Counted from the stretch's first letter, positions 1 to 10,666 are shown. The stretch is 64,000 nt of DNA from Nitrospirota bacterium (GCA_963749655.1 CAVVOB010000024.1:32001-96000), one strand, 5' to 3'. Program-made: numbers and translations. The notes: a model not told the origin generated them from the letters alone.

Positions 1-687
1 GTTCAGGCGCATGGCCGCCGAACAACGGATCCCGGTGTCCGTGGATGACCGTGAGCGTACAGCCTCCATCCCGAAGAGCACTGTCGAGATAGTCCCTGCC
101 CGTTCCGTACAGAAGGTCGACGGCGACCTTGAGCTTCGCCTTGCGGACCAATTCGAGGTCGATCTTTTTCCTCAGATCGTCAAGATAGGCCTTGCGCAGG
201 TCGGCATCTTCGACCAGCCCCTTGCTCTTTGCTTCGGAAAGCGACAGAACAGCGATCGAATTCTTTTCAAGAAGCGAATTGGCTTTTGTTTCTATGTCTT
301 TTGTCGTTTCCGGGAGGGCCGGGCCGCCCCAGGCCGGAGAGAATTTGAGACCGTTGTATTCCGGCGGATTGTGGCTGGCCGTGAAGTTGATGCCGCCTGC
401 GGCCTTTCGCCGGATGATCTCGAAGGATACCGTCGGCGTGGGAACGTCCCGGTTCGAAAGGTAAACGTAGATGCCGTTCGCCGCGAAAACCTTGACAGCC
501 TCTTCAGCAAAGCGTTCTGACAGGAAACGAGTATCGTACCCGACGATGACACCCTTGTCCTTCAGCCCCTGTGCGATCAGGTGGTCGGCGATGGCCTGCG
601 TGACGACACGTACCCGCTCATGGTAAAGTCGTCGGCGATCACGCCGCGCCATCCGGAAGTGCCGAATTTTATTTTTTCCATCGCCAT
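1..687 (-). CDS. Phosphoglucomutase/phosphomannomutase family protein (5' part; runs off the window; apparent frameshift near the start)
   Basis: Minus-strand translation from ATG at 687 gives MAMEKIKFGTSGWRGVIADDF; further on INFTASHNPPEYNGLKFS (catalytic TASHNP motif). Missing from the ORF track. Confidence 0.9.
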
Positions 688-696
688 GTTGTTCAA

Positions 697-725
697 AATT
701 TATCATAAAGAGAAGACCTTTGCAA
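697..725 (-). promoter_or_regulatory. Putative sigma70 promoter of the phosphohexomutase gene
   Basis: TTGCAA-N17-TAAATT with an extended -10 TG, 9 nt upstream of the ATG. Confidence 0.5.
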
Positions 726-816
726 CTTAAAACACTTTTTACGTCATCCGACAGAGTATCAGCCGTCGTAAAAAGATTATTTCCCGATACCTACGTCGAT
801 TCCCACTCACATGACG

Positions 817-1296
817 TCAAATCCGGATGATCTCCGCGTTCAGCTCCTCATCTGCATGGATGATCGCGACTGAATTATAGGGAGCATACCGTTTATCGGT
901 CGGGCTGCCGGGATTCAACAGGTAAACACCCTCAACCTTGCCCCAGAACGGGGTGTGGGAGTGACCGTAGACGATGAGGTCCACGTCGTTAAATTGCTTT
1001 CTGATCATTTCCTGCTGGATGTCGATCTTGTATTTGCCGTGAATGATGCCGGTGCGGAACCTCCCGAGGGTGAGGACTTTCTTATCGGGCAGGCTGTGAT
1101 GCACCTCGACGTCGTCCATGTTCCCTGCCACGGCTTCCACCGGAGCGATCGCCCGCAATTCATCGAGAACGGAAAGCTCTACGATGTCCCCGCAGTGAAT
1201 GATCAGATCGACATTCTTGAAAATATCGTACAGAACGGACGGCAGCGCCCGGACGGTCGAAGGAATGTGGGTATCGGAAAGAACACCTACTTTCAA
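817..1296 (-). CDS. Metallophosphoesterase (YfcE/MJ0936 family)
   Basis: Motifs SDTH, HCGD, GNMD, IIHG, GHSH, NPGS. Confidence 0.9.
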   Translation of the reverse strand: MKVGVLSDTHIPSTVRALPSVLYDIFKNVDLIIHCGDIVELSVLDELRAIAPVEAVAGNMDDVEVHHSLPDKKVLTLGRFRTGIIHGKYKIDIQQEMIRKQFNDVDLIVYGHSHTPFWGKVEGVYLLNPGSPTDKRYAPYNSVAIIHADEELNAEIIRI

Positions 1297-1389
1297 AACA
1301 ACTCCTGTTTGGGGTTTTTGCGGGAACGACAGGCATGCTTGGCCAATGAAGCTGAACGCTCCACCGGCATCACAGCGGCAAGCGTCGGT

Positions 1390-2639
1390 CTAGCCGCGAA
1401 GTTTCGCAGGCAACTCCTGGGCCAGGGCGGCAAGAGCGATCGGCACCTGCTCCTTGGTCTGCATGTTCCGGAGCAGCGCCGTACCGTCCTTCATTTCCTG
1501 CTCTCCGATGATGAGGGTGTAAGCAGCGCCGGATTTGTCCGCCTTCTTCATCTGGCTTTTGAGGCTGCTGCCGGCGTAGTCCGTTTCTACGCGGATACCG
1601 GCTGACTTTAAGCTATGGATGAGAGGAAGGGAGAAGGCAACCGCCTCTGCGCCCAGGGAAGCAACGAACAACGCAGGTACGGGATTTTCAGGTTCGTGAG
1701 ATCCATGAGCGAGATCGCCCGCTCAACGCCGAGCGCGAAGCCGATGCCGGGAGTCGCCGGTCCGCCGATCTCCTCAACAAGTCCGTCATACCGGCCTCCG
1801 GCTGCCACGGTGTTCTGTGCGCCCATGTGCCCCATGACCAGCTCGAAGGTGGTTCGGGTATAGTAATCGAGTCCCCGGACGAGTCGAGGATTGACCTCGA
1901 AGGGGATGCCGATTTTTTTCAGCCCCTCTTCCACGGTTTCAAAATGCGACTTGCAGGGTCCGCAGAGATATTCCAGCATGACCGGCGAATCACCGAACTT
2001 ATCGGCATCCACCTTGCAGTCGAGTACGCGCAGCGGATTTGTTTCGTACCGGCGCTGGCAGTCCGCGCACAAGTGGGGCAGTTTTGCGGCAAGATACTTT
2101 TTCAGCGCGTCGCGGTAGGCGCCCCGGCATGCGCTGTCACCCAGCGAATTGATCTGGAGGGTCAGGCCCTTGATGCCGAGCCGCTCGAACAGCGTATGCA
2201 GCATGGCCAGGACCTCGATATCGACGTGAGGATGGTCGATGCCGAGAGCCTCGACGCCGATCTGGTAGAACTGGCGGTAGCGCCCCTTCTGCGGCCGCTC
2301 GTGCCGGAACATGGGCCCCAGATAGTACAGCTTGACCAGCTGACGCTCGGCGTACAGCTTGTGCTCGACGAAGGCGCGCACGACGCCGGCAGTGCCTTCC
2401 GGGCGAAGCGTGATCTTTTTCCCGTCGCGGTCTTCGAACGTATACATCTCCTTCTCGACGATGTCGGTCGAGGCCCCGATGCTGCGGGCAAAGAGCTCGG
2501 TATATTCAAAAACAGGGACCCGGATCTCCGAAAAGCCGTAATCTTCAAACAGCCTGCGCGCCGTGGTCTCGAGGTGGTGCCACGCGGGCATGTCCTCCGG
2601 AAGGATGTCTTTCACTCCTTTGATCGCCTGTATTGCCAT
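1390..2639 (-). CDS. hisS: Histidine--tRNA ligase (frameshift near 1670)
   Basis: [35 protein letters not shown]; anticodon-binding domain [11 protein letters not shown] in ORF 1390..1671; AAGGAG RBS before ATG 2639. Confidence 0.95.
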
Positions 2640-2671
2640 GCATACTCCTTTACCGTCACTTTCGGATTTTA

Positions 2672-3528
2672 TCACGGCTTACGGATCAGCTTCCAGGGCG
2701 ACTTTTTCACCTCGTCCGTAAGCTCCTTCAGGTTCTTGCCCATCTGCTTGATGTTTTCGAGCGTAGCGTCGATGTTCTTCTTGTTGTCGCCGACGAGCTT
2801 GTCCGCTCTTTTCGGTGATCGCCTTCAGGTTCGCCGTGGCCTCCTCGACTTTCTTCAGGATCTCCGGCAGGTTTTTCAGTCCCTGGGCCACCTCCTCCTT
2901 GCTCGAGGTCATGGTCTTCACATTATCAGTCGTCTCCTGGACGTTCCGGACGATCGTCTGAACGGTGCTGGACGTCATGGTCTTGATGCTCGAAGTCGTA
3001 TCCCGGATGTTCTGCACCGTGGTCTTGATGGCGGGATCGCCGAGCATGCGGTCGAGATTGGTTGCGATGTTCTTGAGTTTTCCCACGACTTCCAGCGCCG
3101 CCTTGGTCAGGTCTTCCAGCTTGAAGGACTCCTCGCCGACAAGCACGCCGCCCGGTCCGAGCACAGGCGACTGGGGAGAACCTCCGGTCAGCTCCACATA
3201 TTTTCCGCCGACGAGACCGAGCGCTCTTGATCGCCGCCTTCGTGTCCTTCTTGATCACCGTGTCGCTGAACACGCTCAGCGTGAGCTCGATCTGGTCTCC
3301 CCGTTCCGGCGCCACGCGGATGCCGGACACTTTGCCGATCTTGATGCCCGAATAGCGCACTTGTGCGTTCTTCTCGATGCCGTCGCTGAACTGAAAAAGG
3401 ACCTTCACCTCTTTTTTCTTCTTAAAGAGGCTCTGAATATCGCTCACCGCGAAGACCATGACCGCAAGGATGACGAATGAAACAACGAGAAAAATACCTG
3501 CCCGGATTTCACTGCGACGGTATTCCAT
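2672..3528 (-). CDS. mlaD: MlaD/MCE family protein with coiled-coil C-terminus (frameshifted)
   Basis: N-terminal TM helix, MCE motif GIEKNAQVRYSGIKIGKV; C-terminus PWKLIRKP* read in another frame. Confidence 0.85.
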
Positions 3529-3570
3529 CGTCTTCCTTCCTCCCCTTCACCGTCGAATGGGTTTTTCCCT

Positions 3571-4364
3571 TCATCGGTCAACCAGCAGATCTTCCCGGAA
3601 GTCCTTGCTCGATGCGTGAAAGGAGATCGGACCGTCAGGACTGCCGGTGATGAACTGCTGGACGAGCGGGTCGCTGCTGTTCCGGATCTCCTGGGGCGTG
3701 CCCTCGGCCAGCACCTTGCCCCTGTACAGAATGACGATCTTGTCGGCGATCCGCATGGCCTCGTCCACTGCATGGGTCACTACGATGCAGGTGATGCCCA
3801 GGAGCCGGTTCAGGTCCGCGATGAGCTTCGTGATGACCGCCGCCATGATCGGGTCGAGGCCGGAGGTCGGCTCGTCGAAGAACACGACTTCAGGATCGAG
3901 TGCCAGCGCCCGGGCCAGCGCCACGCGCTTCTGCATGCCGCCGGAAAGCTGCCCCGGGTAGAGGTCCTCGAAATCACGAAGACCCACGAGCTCCAGCTTC
4001 ATTTTTACCATGATCTTGATGATATTGTCGTCCAGGTCCGTGTGCTCCCTGATCGGCAGCGCAATGTTTTCGCCGACCGTCAGCGAGTTCAGAAGTGCAC
4101 CGTGCTGGAACAGCATCCCGATCTTCTTTCGAAAGGGGTCCAGTTCCCGGCCCTGCAGCTTGGTGATGTCGGTATCCCTGAAAAAGCACTTCTCCGGCTG
4201 TCCGGCTTGAGCGCGCCGATCAGGATCTTGAGGAACGTGCTTTTCCCGCCGCCGCTCGTACCGAAGATATAGGTGATCTTTTTTCGTTCAGCCGCGAAAT
4301 CGATGCCGTTCGAGAACGGCGACGGCTGCCATATGACTTTTTGATGTTCCGTGTTCTTGATCAT
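3571..4364 (-). CDS. mlaF: ABC transporter ATP-binding protein, MlaF/Mkl type (frameshifted)
   Basis: Walker A GTSGGGKST, signature LSGGMQKRVALARA, DEPTSGLDP, C-terminal SDPLVQQFI. Confidence 0.9.
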
Positions 4365-4369
4365 GTCAC

Positions 4370-5159
4370 CTATCCATAGAATGCCGCCGTCATGACCGTA
4401 TCGAGCACGATGATCGCGAGCGTGGACGAAACCACGGAAAGCATCGTCGCCTTTCCCACTTCCTCTGCCCCGCCCTCGACGACAAGTCCGCGATAGCAGC
4501 CGATCATGACGATCACGGACGGCAAAAACCACGGCTTTGAACATGCCCGAATAGACATCCCTGAACAGAAGGACCTCGAGCGTTTCACGCACATAGGTGT
4601 CCGGCCTGATGCCGAGTCGCGTCGAACCGAACAGAAACCCGCCGAACAGCGGCGGTAAAGCTCGCCAAGCAGGGTAAGCGCCGGCAGCGCGATGAGCATA
4701 CCGATAAATCGCTGCACCACAAGGTAGCGGACCGGGTTGATCGCCATGGTCTCGAGCGCGAGGATCTCCTCGGAGACCTTCATGGTCCCTATCCTGGCAG
4801 TAAACGCCGCCCCCACCCTGCCCGCAACGATCACCGCCGTGATCAGCGGGCCTATTTCCCGAAAGATGGCGACCGCGACAAACCCGGGCATGTAGTTTAG
4901 CCGCCGATCTCCTTCAGCTGGAATGAAATGAGCACCGTCAGGGCAATGCCGAGGAGGGCGGCGACAACCAGAACGAGCGGCAGCGACCGGGCGCCGATCT
5001 CGTCCACCTGCTCGAGCAGCCGGCCTGTTTTCGTTTTTTCCGGTCGAAGAGAAGTACTTCCGACTGGACAATCGTTTCACGGAACAGGTAAAAGAGGCTC
5101 GAAAGGTCCTGAAGGAACGTAATAAACGCCCTGCCGATATAACCGAAAAAATTTTTCAC
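4370..5159 (-). CDS. mlaE: MlaE family ABC permease (several frameshifts)
   Basis: REIGPLITAVIVAGRVGAAFTARIGTMKVSEEILALETMAINPVRYLV and GGAEEVGKAT. Confidence 0.85.
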
Positions 5160-5242
5160 TGACGGCTCCGTTCTCCTTACGATGCTTACCCCGGCGGATC
5201 GGGTCAATTTTTCCGTTTCCCATTCCGCACTCCGGACAGCGG

Positions 5243-5587
5243 CTACAATCCTGACACCGCATCATTCACCGATGGGAATATCTCGAACACGCGGCAAGCC
5301 GTGCAAGTTCAAAAACATCCCTGACCGGCGGGCTCAATTCAACAAGACGCAGCCGCATCCCTGTCTTCATACAGTTCTGCATCGCCTCGACCAGCGTTGC
5401 GATGCCCGAGCTGTCCATGTATCGTACCTGCGACAGGTCGATCACGAGCAGCCTTCATGCACGGATGACCCTGCCTGAACACCTGCCCAAACGCTCCGCA
5501 CGTCGGGGGACGAGTTCATGTCCACGTCGCCCTTGACCTTCACCAGAAATCCCGGACTGATCTTTTCTGTGTAATCTCAACTTTCAT
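5243..5587 (-). CDS. STAS-domain anti-sigma factor antagonist (RsbV/SpoIIAA-like; frameshifted)
   Basis: Manual translation: VKGDVDMNSSPDVR ... IDLSQVRYMDSSGIATLVEAMQ ... VFEIFPSVNDAVSGL*; ATGA overlap with the upstream gene. Confidence 0.85.
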
Positions 5588-6012
5588 GCGCTCACGCTGA
5601 GACCTCGTTTCTTCTTCTCGAGAGGGAGAACGCGTTCCCTGCTCGAGGGCCGGTATCGTACTCAACGGTATCAAAGACCGCGCCCATAAAATGCGTGCCT
5701 AGTCCGCCGGGCCGGACATCGTCAAGATCGCGCGGAGCGATCTTCGCAACATCGACCTTCTTGCCGAGTCGATGAGCCGAACGATGAACTGATCCCTACT
5801 GTCCTGTACGGTGATCGCGATGGTCTTTGTCGTATCCCCTGCGTAAGCATACTTAATGATGTTCGAGCAGGCCTCATCGACCGCCAGCACGATCTTTCGT
5901 GCGTTCTTTTTCGCAAAATCCGGCATCCACAGGCGAGCGGATACATGACGCTCCGTACAACATAGAGAAATTTCGGATGGCTCGGCACGGTAAGCGTCAC
6001 CGTCTCCGTCAT
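5584..6012 (-). CDS. Anti-sigma factor / Ser kinase, RsbW/SpoIIAB-like HATPase (frameshifted)
   Basis: IVLAVDEACSNIIKYAY N-box; GGLG-type G-box in a shifted frame; ATGA overlaps at both ends. Confidence 0.85.
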
Positions 6013-7297
6013 TGCACCGCTCCAAAACAGACCAGGGTCATATCGTCGTGCTGCGGGCTCAGCGCCGGTAAACCGATTCACGTCCTCCACGATCGCAGCC
6101 TTCATGGCCTCGGGGTCCGCGGGGCTGACCTCGATGAGCGACTCAAACGCTCATAACCCGTACAGTTCTTCCCGGGCATTCATGGCCTCGATGATCCCGT
6201 CAGTATACAGAATGACCGTGTCACCCGGTTCGAGGGAAGCCGATTCCCTGGGTGAAACTGCATGCGGCAAGGATGCCGAGCGGAGCACTGCCTGCCGTGG
6301 GCAGTTTCCTGACCGAGCCATCCGCCTTTTTTATGAGCGGCGGCAAGTGGCCGGCGTTCGCCATGGTGAGGCGTCCCGTCTCTCCATCCAGCTCGATATA
6401 AAGCAGCGTAGCGAACATGCCCCGCCTGCTCCGTTCTGCAAGAAGATCGTTCAGCTTTGTCAGCGCCGCAGCGGGGTCCCCCTCGGTAAAAGCAAGCGTC
6501 CGCAGATCGCTGCCCAGTTTGGCCATATAGAGCGCAGCAGGCACTCCTTTGCCCGATACATCGCCGATCACGATACCCGTACGGCCCCGGTCGAGACGGA
6601 TGAAATCATAAAAATCCCCGCCCACTTCCTGGGCAGGCGTATAGTGGGCGCTGAACTTGTAAGCTCTGCACCTCGGCGCATGCTGCGGCAGAAAGCTTTC
6701 CTGGACCGTGCGGGCGAACTCCATGTCCTTGACGAGCCGCTGCTTCTCCATCAGGCTTTTGTGCATCTTTGGCGTTCTCGATGGCAATGGCGGCCATGCT
6801 GCACAGCGCGATGAACAGCTCAAGATCGTCGTGGTCAAAAGCGTTCCCGTCGAGCCGGTTGATCACCTGTGCAACGCCGGTAATGCGCTCTCCCATTTTG
6901 AGCGGCACCGCGATCATCGATTTCGTCCGGTACCCCGTTGCTTCGTCATGGCCGCGGAAAAACTTTGGGTGAGTATACACGTCCTCGAGCAGAAGAGGCT
7001 TTCCCGTCCTCGGCAACGGTACCGGCGATCCCCTGCCCCATCTTGAGCCGAAATTCCTGCTTCAGCTTCTCCCCAACTTCGCCCAGCGCGACCTGATAGA
7101 CCAGTTCGTTCGTCTTTTCATCGATCAGCATGAGGCTCGAGGCATCGGCATTCATTACCTGCTTGGAAATGGTCATCACGTTCTCAAGGATCTGGTCGAG
7201 ATTGAGCGATGAGCTGATAATTCCGTTCACCTCGATAAGCGTGGAAAGACGGCTGATCTTCAGTTCAAGACGGGCTATTTCGTGGACTATTTTGCAT
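6009..7297 (-). CDS. GAF-domain SpoIIE/PP2C protein phosphatase (RsbU/RsbP-like; frameshifted)
   Basis: GAF ([19 protein letters not shown]) then [37 protein letters not shown]. Confidence 0.9.
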
Positions 7298-7303
7298 AGG
7301 TTA

Positions 7304-7333
7304 AAAATAGCACAAGAAGGAGATGATGGTCAA
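7304..7333 (-). promoter_or_regulatory. Putative sigma70 promoter, leaderless transcript of the GAF-PP2C gene
   Basis: TTGACC-N18-TATTTT with extended TG; -10 box ends 6 nt before ATG 7297. Confidence 0.5.
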
Positions 7334-7361
7334 TGGGAAAGTGTGCGGAACTGAGTCGGCT

Positions 7362-7441
7362 GTCAGGCGTCAGGAGAAAGCGATGACGAGCAGGAAAAGC
7401 CTGCTCATACGTTCATCTCTCCCGACTTCCTGGCGCCTGAC
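7362..7441. repeat. Inverted repeat built from heptamer units
   Basis: GTCAGGCGTCAGGA (7362-7375) versus TCCTGGCGCCTGAC (7428-7441); overlaps the 3' end of the M48 gene. Confidence 0.6.
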
Positions 7442-8677
7442 CCTGTTCAGCCGTCAACCTCCTGATTCTTTCCACCACCGGCGGATGGGAATAGTAGAAG
7501 CCCGCATACCACGGATGAGGGTGCAGATTGGACAGATTCTCTCGCGAAAGTTTCACCAGTGCCGAGGCCATGCTTCCGGATGGCCGGTCAGCTCGGAGGC
7601 AAACCGATCAGCCTCGTTCTCATCTCGCCTCGACAGGGAGCTGAACAGCGGGGTCAGCGGAAACATGGCAAGCGATCCTAAAAAACCGATGATCAGCGGC
7701 CGCGCATAAAAGGATGCCGTGAAAAGGCCAAGCAAGCCCGGCAGACCGTCCCAGTGAAATCAGGTGAAAGGCCGCAAACAACCCGACAAAATGCCATCAC
7801 TTCGGTCAGAACGATGCTTTTCAGAACATGCTGCTTCTTCCAATGTCCTACTTCATGGGCAAGAACCGCCAGGATCTCGTCCTGGGTCATCTGCTCGATC
7901 AAGCGTGTCGAACAACACGATCCGTTTGACCTTGCCGATGCCCGTGAAGTACGCATTGGAATGACGGCTCCGGCGGGAAGCGTCCATCTGAAACACACGG
8001 CTGACCTTGAGTCCGGCCCGCTCCATGAGCTGACGGATTCTGCTTTCCAGTCCTTCCGCTTTGACCGGTTCGATCTTGAAAAATAGCGGCTCAATGACAT
8101 AGGGCGATATAAACATCATAAAAATACCGAAGATCAGGAAAAAAGCCCAGACCCAGAGCCACCACCAGGAGGGACTGAGCCGGATGAGTTCGAGCACTGC
8201 GGCGGCTGCGGCAACGGACAAGATCGTCGAAACGGCAAGTGATTTCAGCAGGTCCGTGAACCACAGCCTCACGGTCATGGTATTGAACCCGAACCGGTTT
8301 TCGACCTTGAAGTTCTTATAAAGACTGAACGGGATATCGAGGATCGCCTCTCCAAAAAGAAGGACGAGAAAGAAAAGAATTCCCCCTCCCAGAAAAGAAG
8401 CGGTGACCGATGATAGCCAGAGGTCGTAGGCCCCCAAAAGGCCTCCGAAAAAGAACAGGGCGACGACTACATTGCCGGTGATCGACTCGATGATGTCGAC
8501 TTTGCTGGTTTCAAAGGTATATTCCGAGATTTTTTTCAGGTGTTCGGGGTCGATCACCCCGGCAAATTCAGGAGGAACGGTTTGGCCGTGCTGTTTTACA
8601 TGGTTCAAGTTCAGAAAAAGAAGCCAGTAGCGGAATGCAAGAATGAGCAGGTAAATTACGATCAGTATTTTAAACAT
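7413..8677 (-). CDS. M48 family (Ste24-like) membrane zinc metallopeptidase (frameshifted)
   Basis: Several TM helices, SRHSNAYFTGIG, LAHEVGH (HExxH), ENEADRFA, YSHPPVVERI. Confidence 0.9.
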
Positions 8678-8683
8678 GAGTTC

Positions 8684-8712
8684 ATCTTACCGGCATTTCC
8701 CAGGGGCGTCAA
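8684..8712 (-). promoter_or_regulatory. Putative sigma70 promoter, leaderless M48 transcript
   Basis: TTGACG-N17-TAAGAT, 6 nt before ATG 8677; no SD sequence. Confidence 0.6.
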
Positions 8713-8759
8713 GAAATGGATTGACGGAAGCGGAAAGGAGCCCAGCGCTCTGCGGAAAG

Positions 8760-8825
8760 AAAAAAACAAGGCGTCCCGATGATCATGGATGAGATTTCTC
8801 TCGTCGCTGCGGCATCGGAACGCCT
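8760..8825 (-). terminator. Intrinsic terminator-like stem ending the candidate sRNA
   Basis: GGCGTTCCGATG/CATCGGGACGCC stem with an inner GAGA-GAAA-TCTC hairpin, followed by TTGTTTTTTT. Confidence 0.7.
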
Positions 8826-8998
8826 ATAGGACTGCACTATTGTTCGCTGGTGTTTTACCTGGTGATGTTCAGTACCCAAGGACCAAGGAGCATCGTGCTG
8901 GTTATCTATTGCGGCCTAATCTTGTTAGGGGGGGAAGAAGTACGCCGCAGTTGTGTCAGCCCCTCGTGTCTTGAGCCTGTCAATAGTGCAATCTCTAT
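8760..8998 (-). ncRNA. Candidate structured small RNA (~240 nt), family not recognised
   Basis: Promoter upstream, terminator downstream; 13-bp closing stem 8993-8981/8842-8830, ~16-bp central stem 8975-8959/8891-8875, apical hairpin 8948-8911; G-U pairs fit the minus strand. Confidence 0.65.
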
Positions 8999-9002
8999 CT
9001 AG

Positions 9003-9048
9003 AGCATAGCAAGCTACCACGTCAAGTCAATACATCTAAAGTTGTATT
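9003..9048 (-). promoter_or_regulatory. sigma70 promoter with overlapping 20-bp palindromic operator
   Basis: TTGACT-N16-TATGCT with extended TG; near-perfect palindrome AATACATCT-AA-AGTTGTATT at 9029-9048, centred about -42 from the inferred start. Confidence 0.6.
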
Positions 9049-9067
9049 TTCTGGAGTTGCACTAAGT

Positions 9068-9751
9068 TTAAGTCATTGAATGTGATAGCAAAGCAATTGC
9101 TTTGGTCCTGCTCTTGACATTCAATTTCCTGTAAACCCGGTACAGATGCGTTTTTACCGTCCGTTCGCTGATACTGTTGCTGTCGGCAATCTCCCTGTTC
9201 GATGCTCCCTGCAAAACCATCGTAAGCACCTCCATTTCCTTGTTCGTCAATGGAGGCAGGCCGGGAATATGCAGTTGAAGCGTCTCGGGCAGCAGCATGG
9301 GATTGGATATCGCCTTTTCCAGAATTCGGCGCTCAGCCCAAATCTCGCCTGAGTGAACTGCGCGGATAGCCTTGATCATTGTTGCCGGCGAGTCTGCTAT
9401 TCTGAAATATCCTCGAATGCCGGCTTTAATATCAGCGATGATGTGCTCGTCAGCCGGATTCGCACTGAACAGATAGATGATCCTCGCCTGCGGCGACTTG
9501 GTCTGAACCGAACGGATGAACCGGGACAACGTGTGCCCTTTCAGAACATCGGGGTTCAAAATCAGGATGTCAAGAGTACCGGACAGTTGCTTTATCGCTG
9601 TTTCCCTTGTGGAAACCGTTGAAATAACGTCGATATCTTCTTCTCTTTTCAATACTGACGTGACCATCTGCGTTTCTGCAGAGTCATTGTCAGCTATCAT
9701 AACTCGGATGGGTAACACGGTAATATCCTCCATTCCTTGTGCAGCACTCAT
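9068..9751 (-). CDS. LuxR/NarL-family transcriptional regulator with atypical receiver domain
   Basis: C-terminal HTH LTNKEMEVL...GASNREIA...ISERTVKTHLYRVYRKLNVKSRT; receiver-like N-terminus. Confidence 0.9.
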   Translation of the reverse strand: MSAAQGMEDITVLPIRVMIADNDSAETQMVTSVLKREEDIDVISTVSTRETAIKQLSGTLDILILNPDVLKGHTLSRFIRSVQTKSPQARIIYLFSANPADEHIIADIKAGIRGYFRIADSPATMIKAIRAVHSGEIWAERRILEKAISNPMLLPETLQLHIPGLPPLTNKEMEVLTMVLQGASNREIADSNSISERTVKTHLYRVYRKLNVKSRTKAIALLSHSMT

Positions 9752-9792
9752 TATAATGAGTATGACCTTTATTTATTATCCCTAATACTTAT

Positions 9793-9821
9793 ATTCTAAA
9801 AGATGCAACATGCGATGTCAA
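9793..9821 (-). promoter_or_regulatory. Putative sigma70 promoter of the LuxR-family gene
   Basis: TTGACA-N17-TAGAAT. Confidence 0.65.
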
Positions 9822-9906
9822 GCTCAGGACGATTAATTCGGAAAATAAGAGGGATCGTAGCCAGAAAAAGATATCAGGAAGTAATGATAGCACAAGACGA
9901 AGGAAA

Positions 9907-10488
9907 CTACGGAAGTTTTACTCCATATTCAAGCAGCATTTCAGCCAGCAAAGAGATCGGCAGTCCTACCACATTAAAGTAACATCCATCGATCCGTTCT
10001 ACGAGAAGCGCGCCCTTTTCCTGTATGCCATAGGCTCCGGCCTTGTCCAGCGGCTCTCCTGTTTTCACGTACCTGATGATCATATCCTTTGAGAGTCTCC
10101 GGAACCAAACCTTGGTTGTTGCAAGACGGGTCTGTGCTTTACCTGCTGCCGCGTCCATGACCGTCAGGCCGGTCATGACCAGATGCATTTTTCCTGACAG
10201 CTCGGTGAGCATCCGTTCCGCATCTCCTGAGTCCTGCGGCTTGCCGAGGATCGTGTCATCAAGAACCACAATGGTGTCTGCGGCGATGACAATGGCATGT
10301 CCGGCCCTTCCTGCCGCAACACGCGCCTTATCGAGCGCGACGCGCCGGGCATAGTCCCCGGCATTCTCGCCGGGCAGTGTGCGTTCGTCCACGTCAGCCG
10401 GGTCCTGCGTGAAGGTCAGGCCTATCTGGGTGAGGAGGTCCCGGCGACGTGGGGAATTTGATGCAAGGATTATTTTCCGGCTCATCAT
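9907..10488 (-). CDS. maf: Maf family nucleoside triphosphate pyrophosphatase
   Basis: ILASNSPRRR, ADTIV, GKP, DKAGAYGIQ, NVVGLP. Confidence 0.95.
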   Translation of the reverse strand: MMSRKIILASNSPRRRDLLTQIGLTFTQDPADVDERTLPGENAGDYARRVALDKARVAAGRAGHAIVIAADTIVVLDDTILGKPQDSGDAERMLTELSGKMHLVMTGLTVMDAAAGKAQTRLATTKVWFRRLSKDMIIRYVKTGEPLDKAGAYGIQEKGALLVERIDGCYFNVVGLPISLLAEMLLEYGVKLP

Positions 10489-10545
10489 GCGGGCTGTTCT
10501 TTGCGTAATTTGAAGCTATATTCAGCGAACGGTTTATTTGGCGAT

Positions 10546-10574
10546 ATCTTATGATGTTCGACAGGTTTCGTCAA
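10546..10574 (-). promoter_or_regulatory. Putative sigma70 promoter of maf
   Basis: TTGACG-N17-TAAGAT. Confidence 0.55.
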
Positions 10575-10666
10575 GATTTATCGGGGTCCCCTCGCCTCAA
10601 TTTTCCGAGGGAAGTGAAGCGAGGGGCAAAACAGCAGACATCCGAGCGCAACAGTCCTAAAAGGCA

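Noticed and set aside
1827-3230. 467-aa plus-strand ORF
   Set aside because: Antisense shadow of hisS/mlaD in GC-rich DNA; no recognisable motifs.
8789-8974. 61-aa plus-strand ORF, or a CsrA-sponge reading of its GGA motifs
   Set aside because: Promoter, terminator polarity and G-U pairs all point to a minus-strand RNA; the GGA motifs are few and on the other strand.
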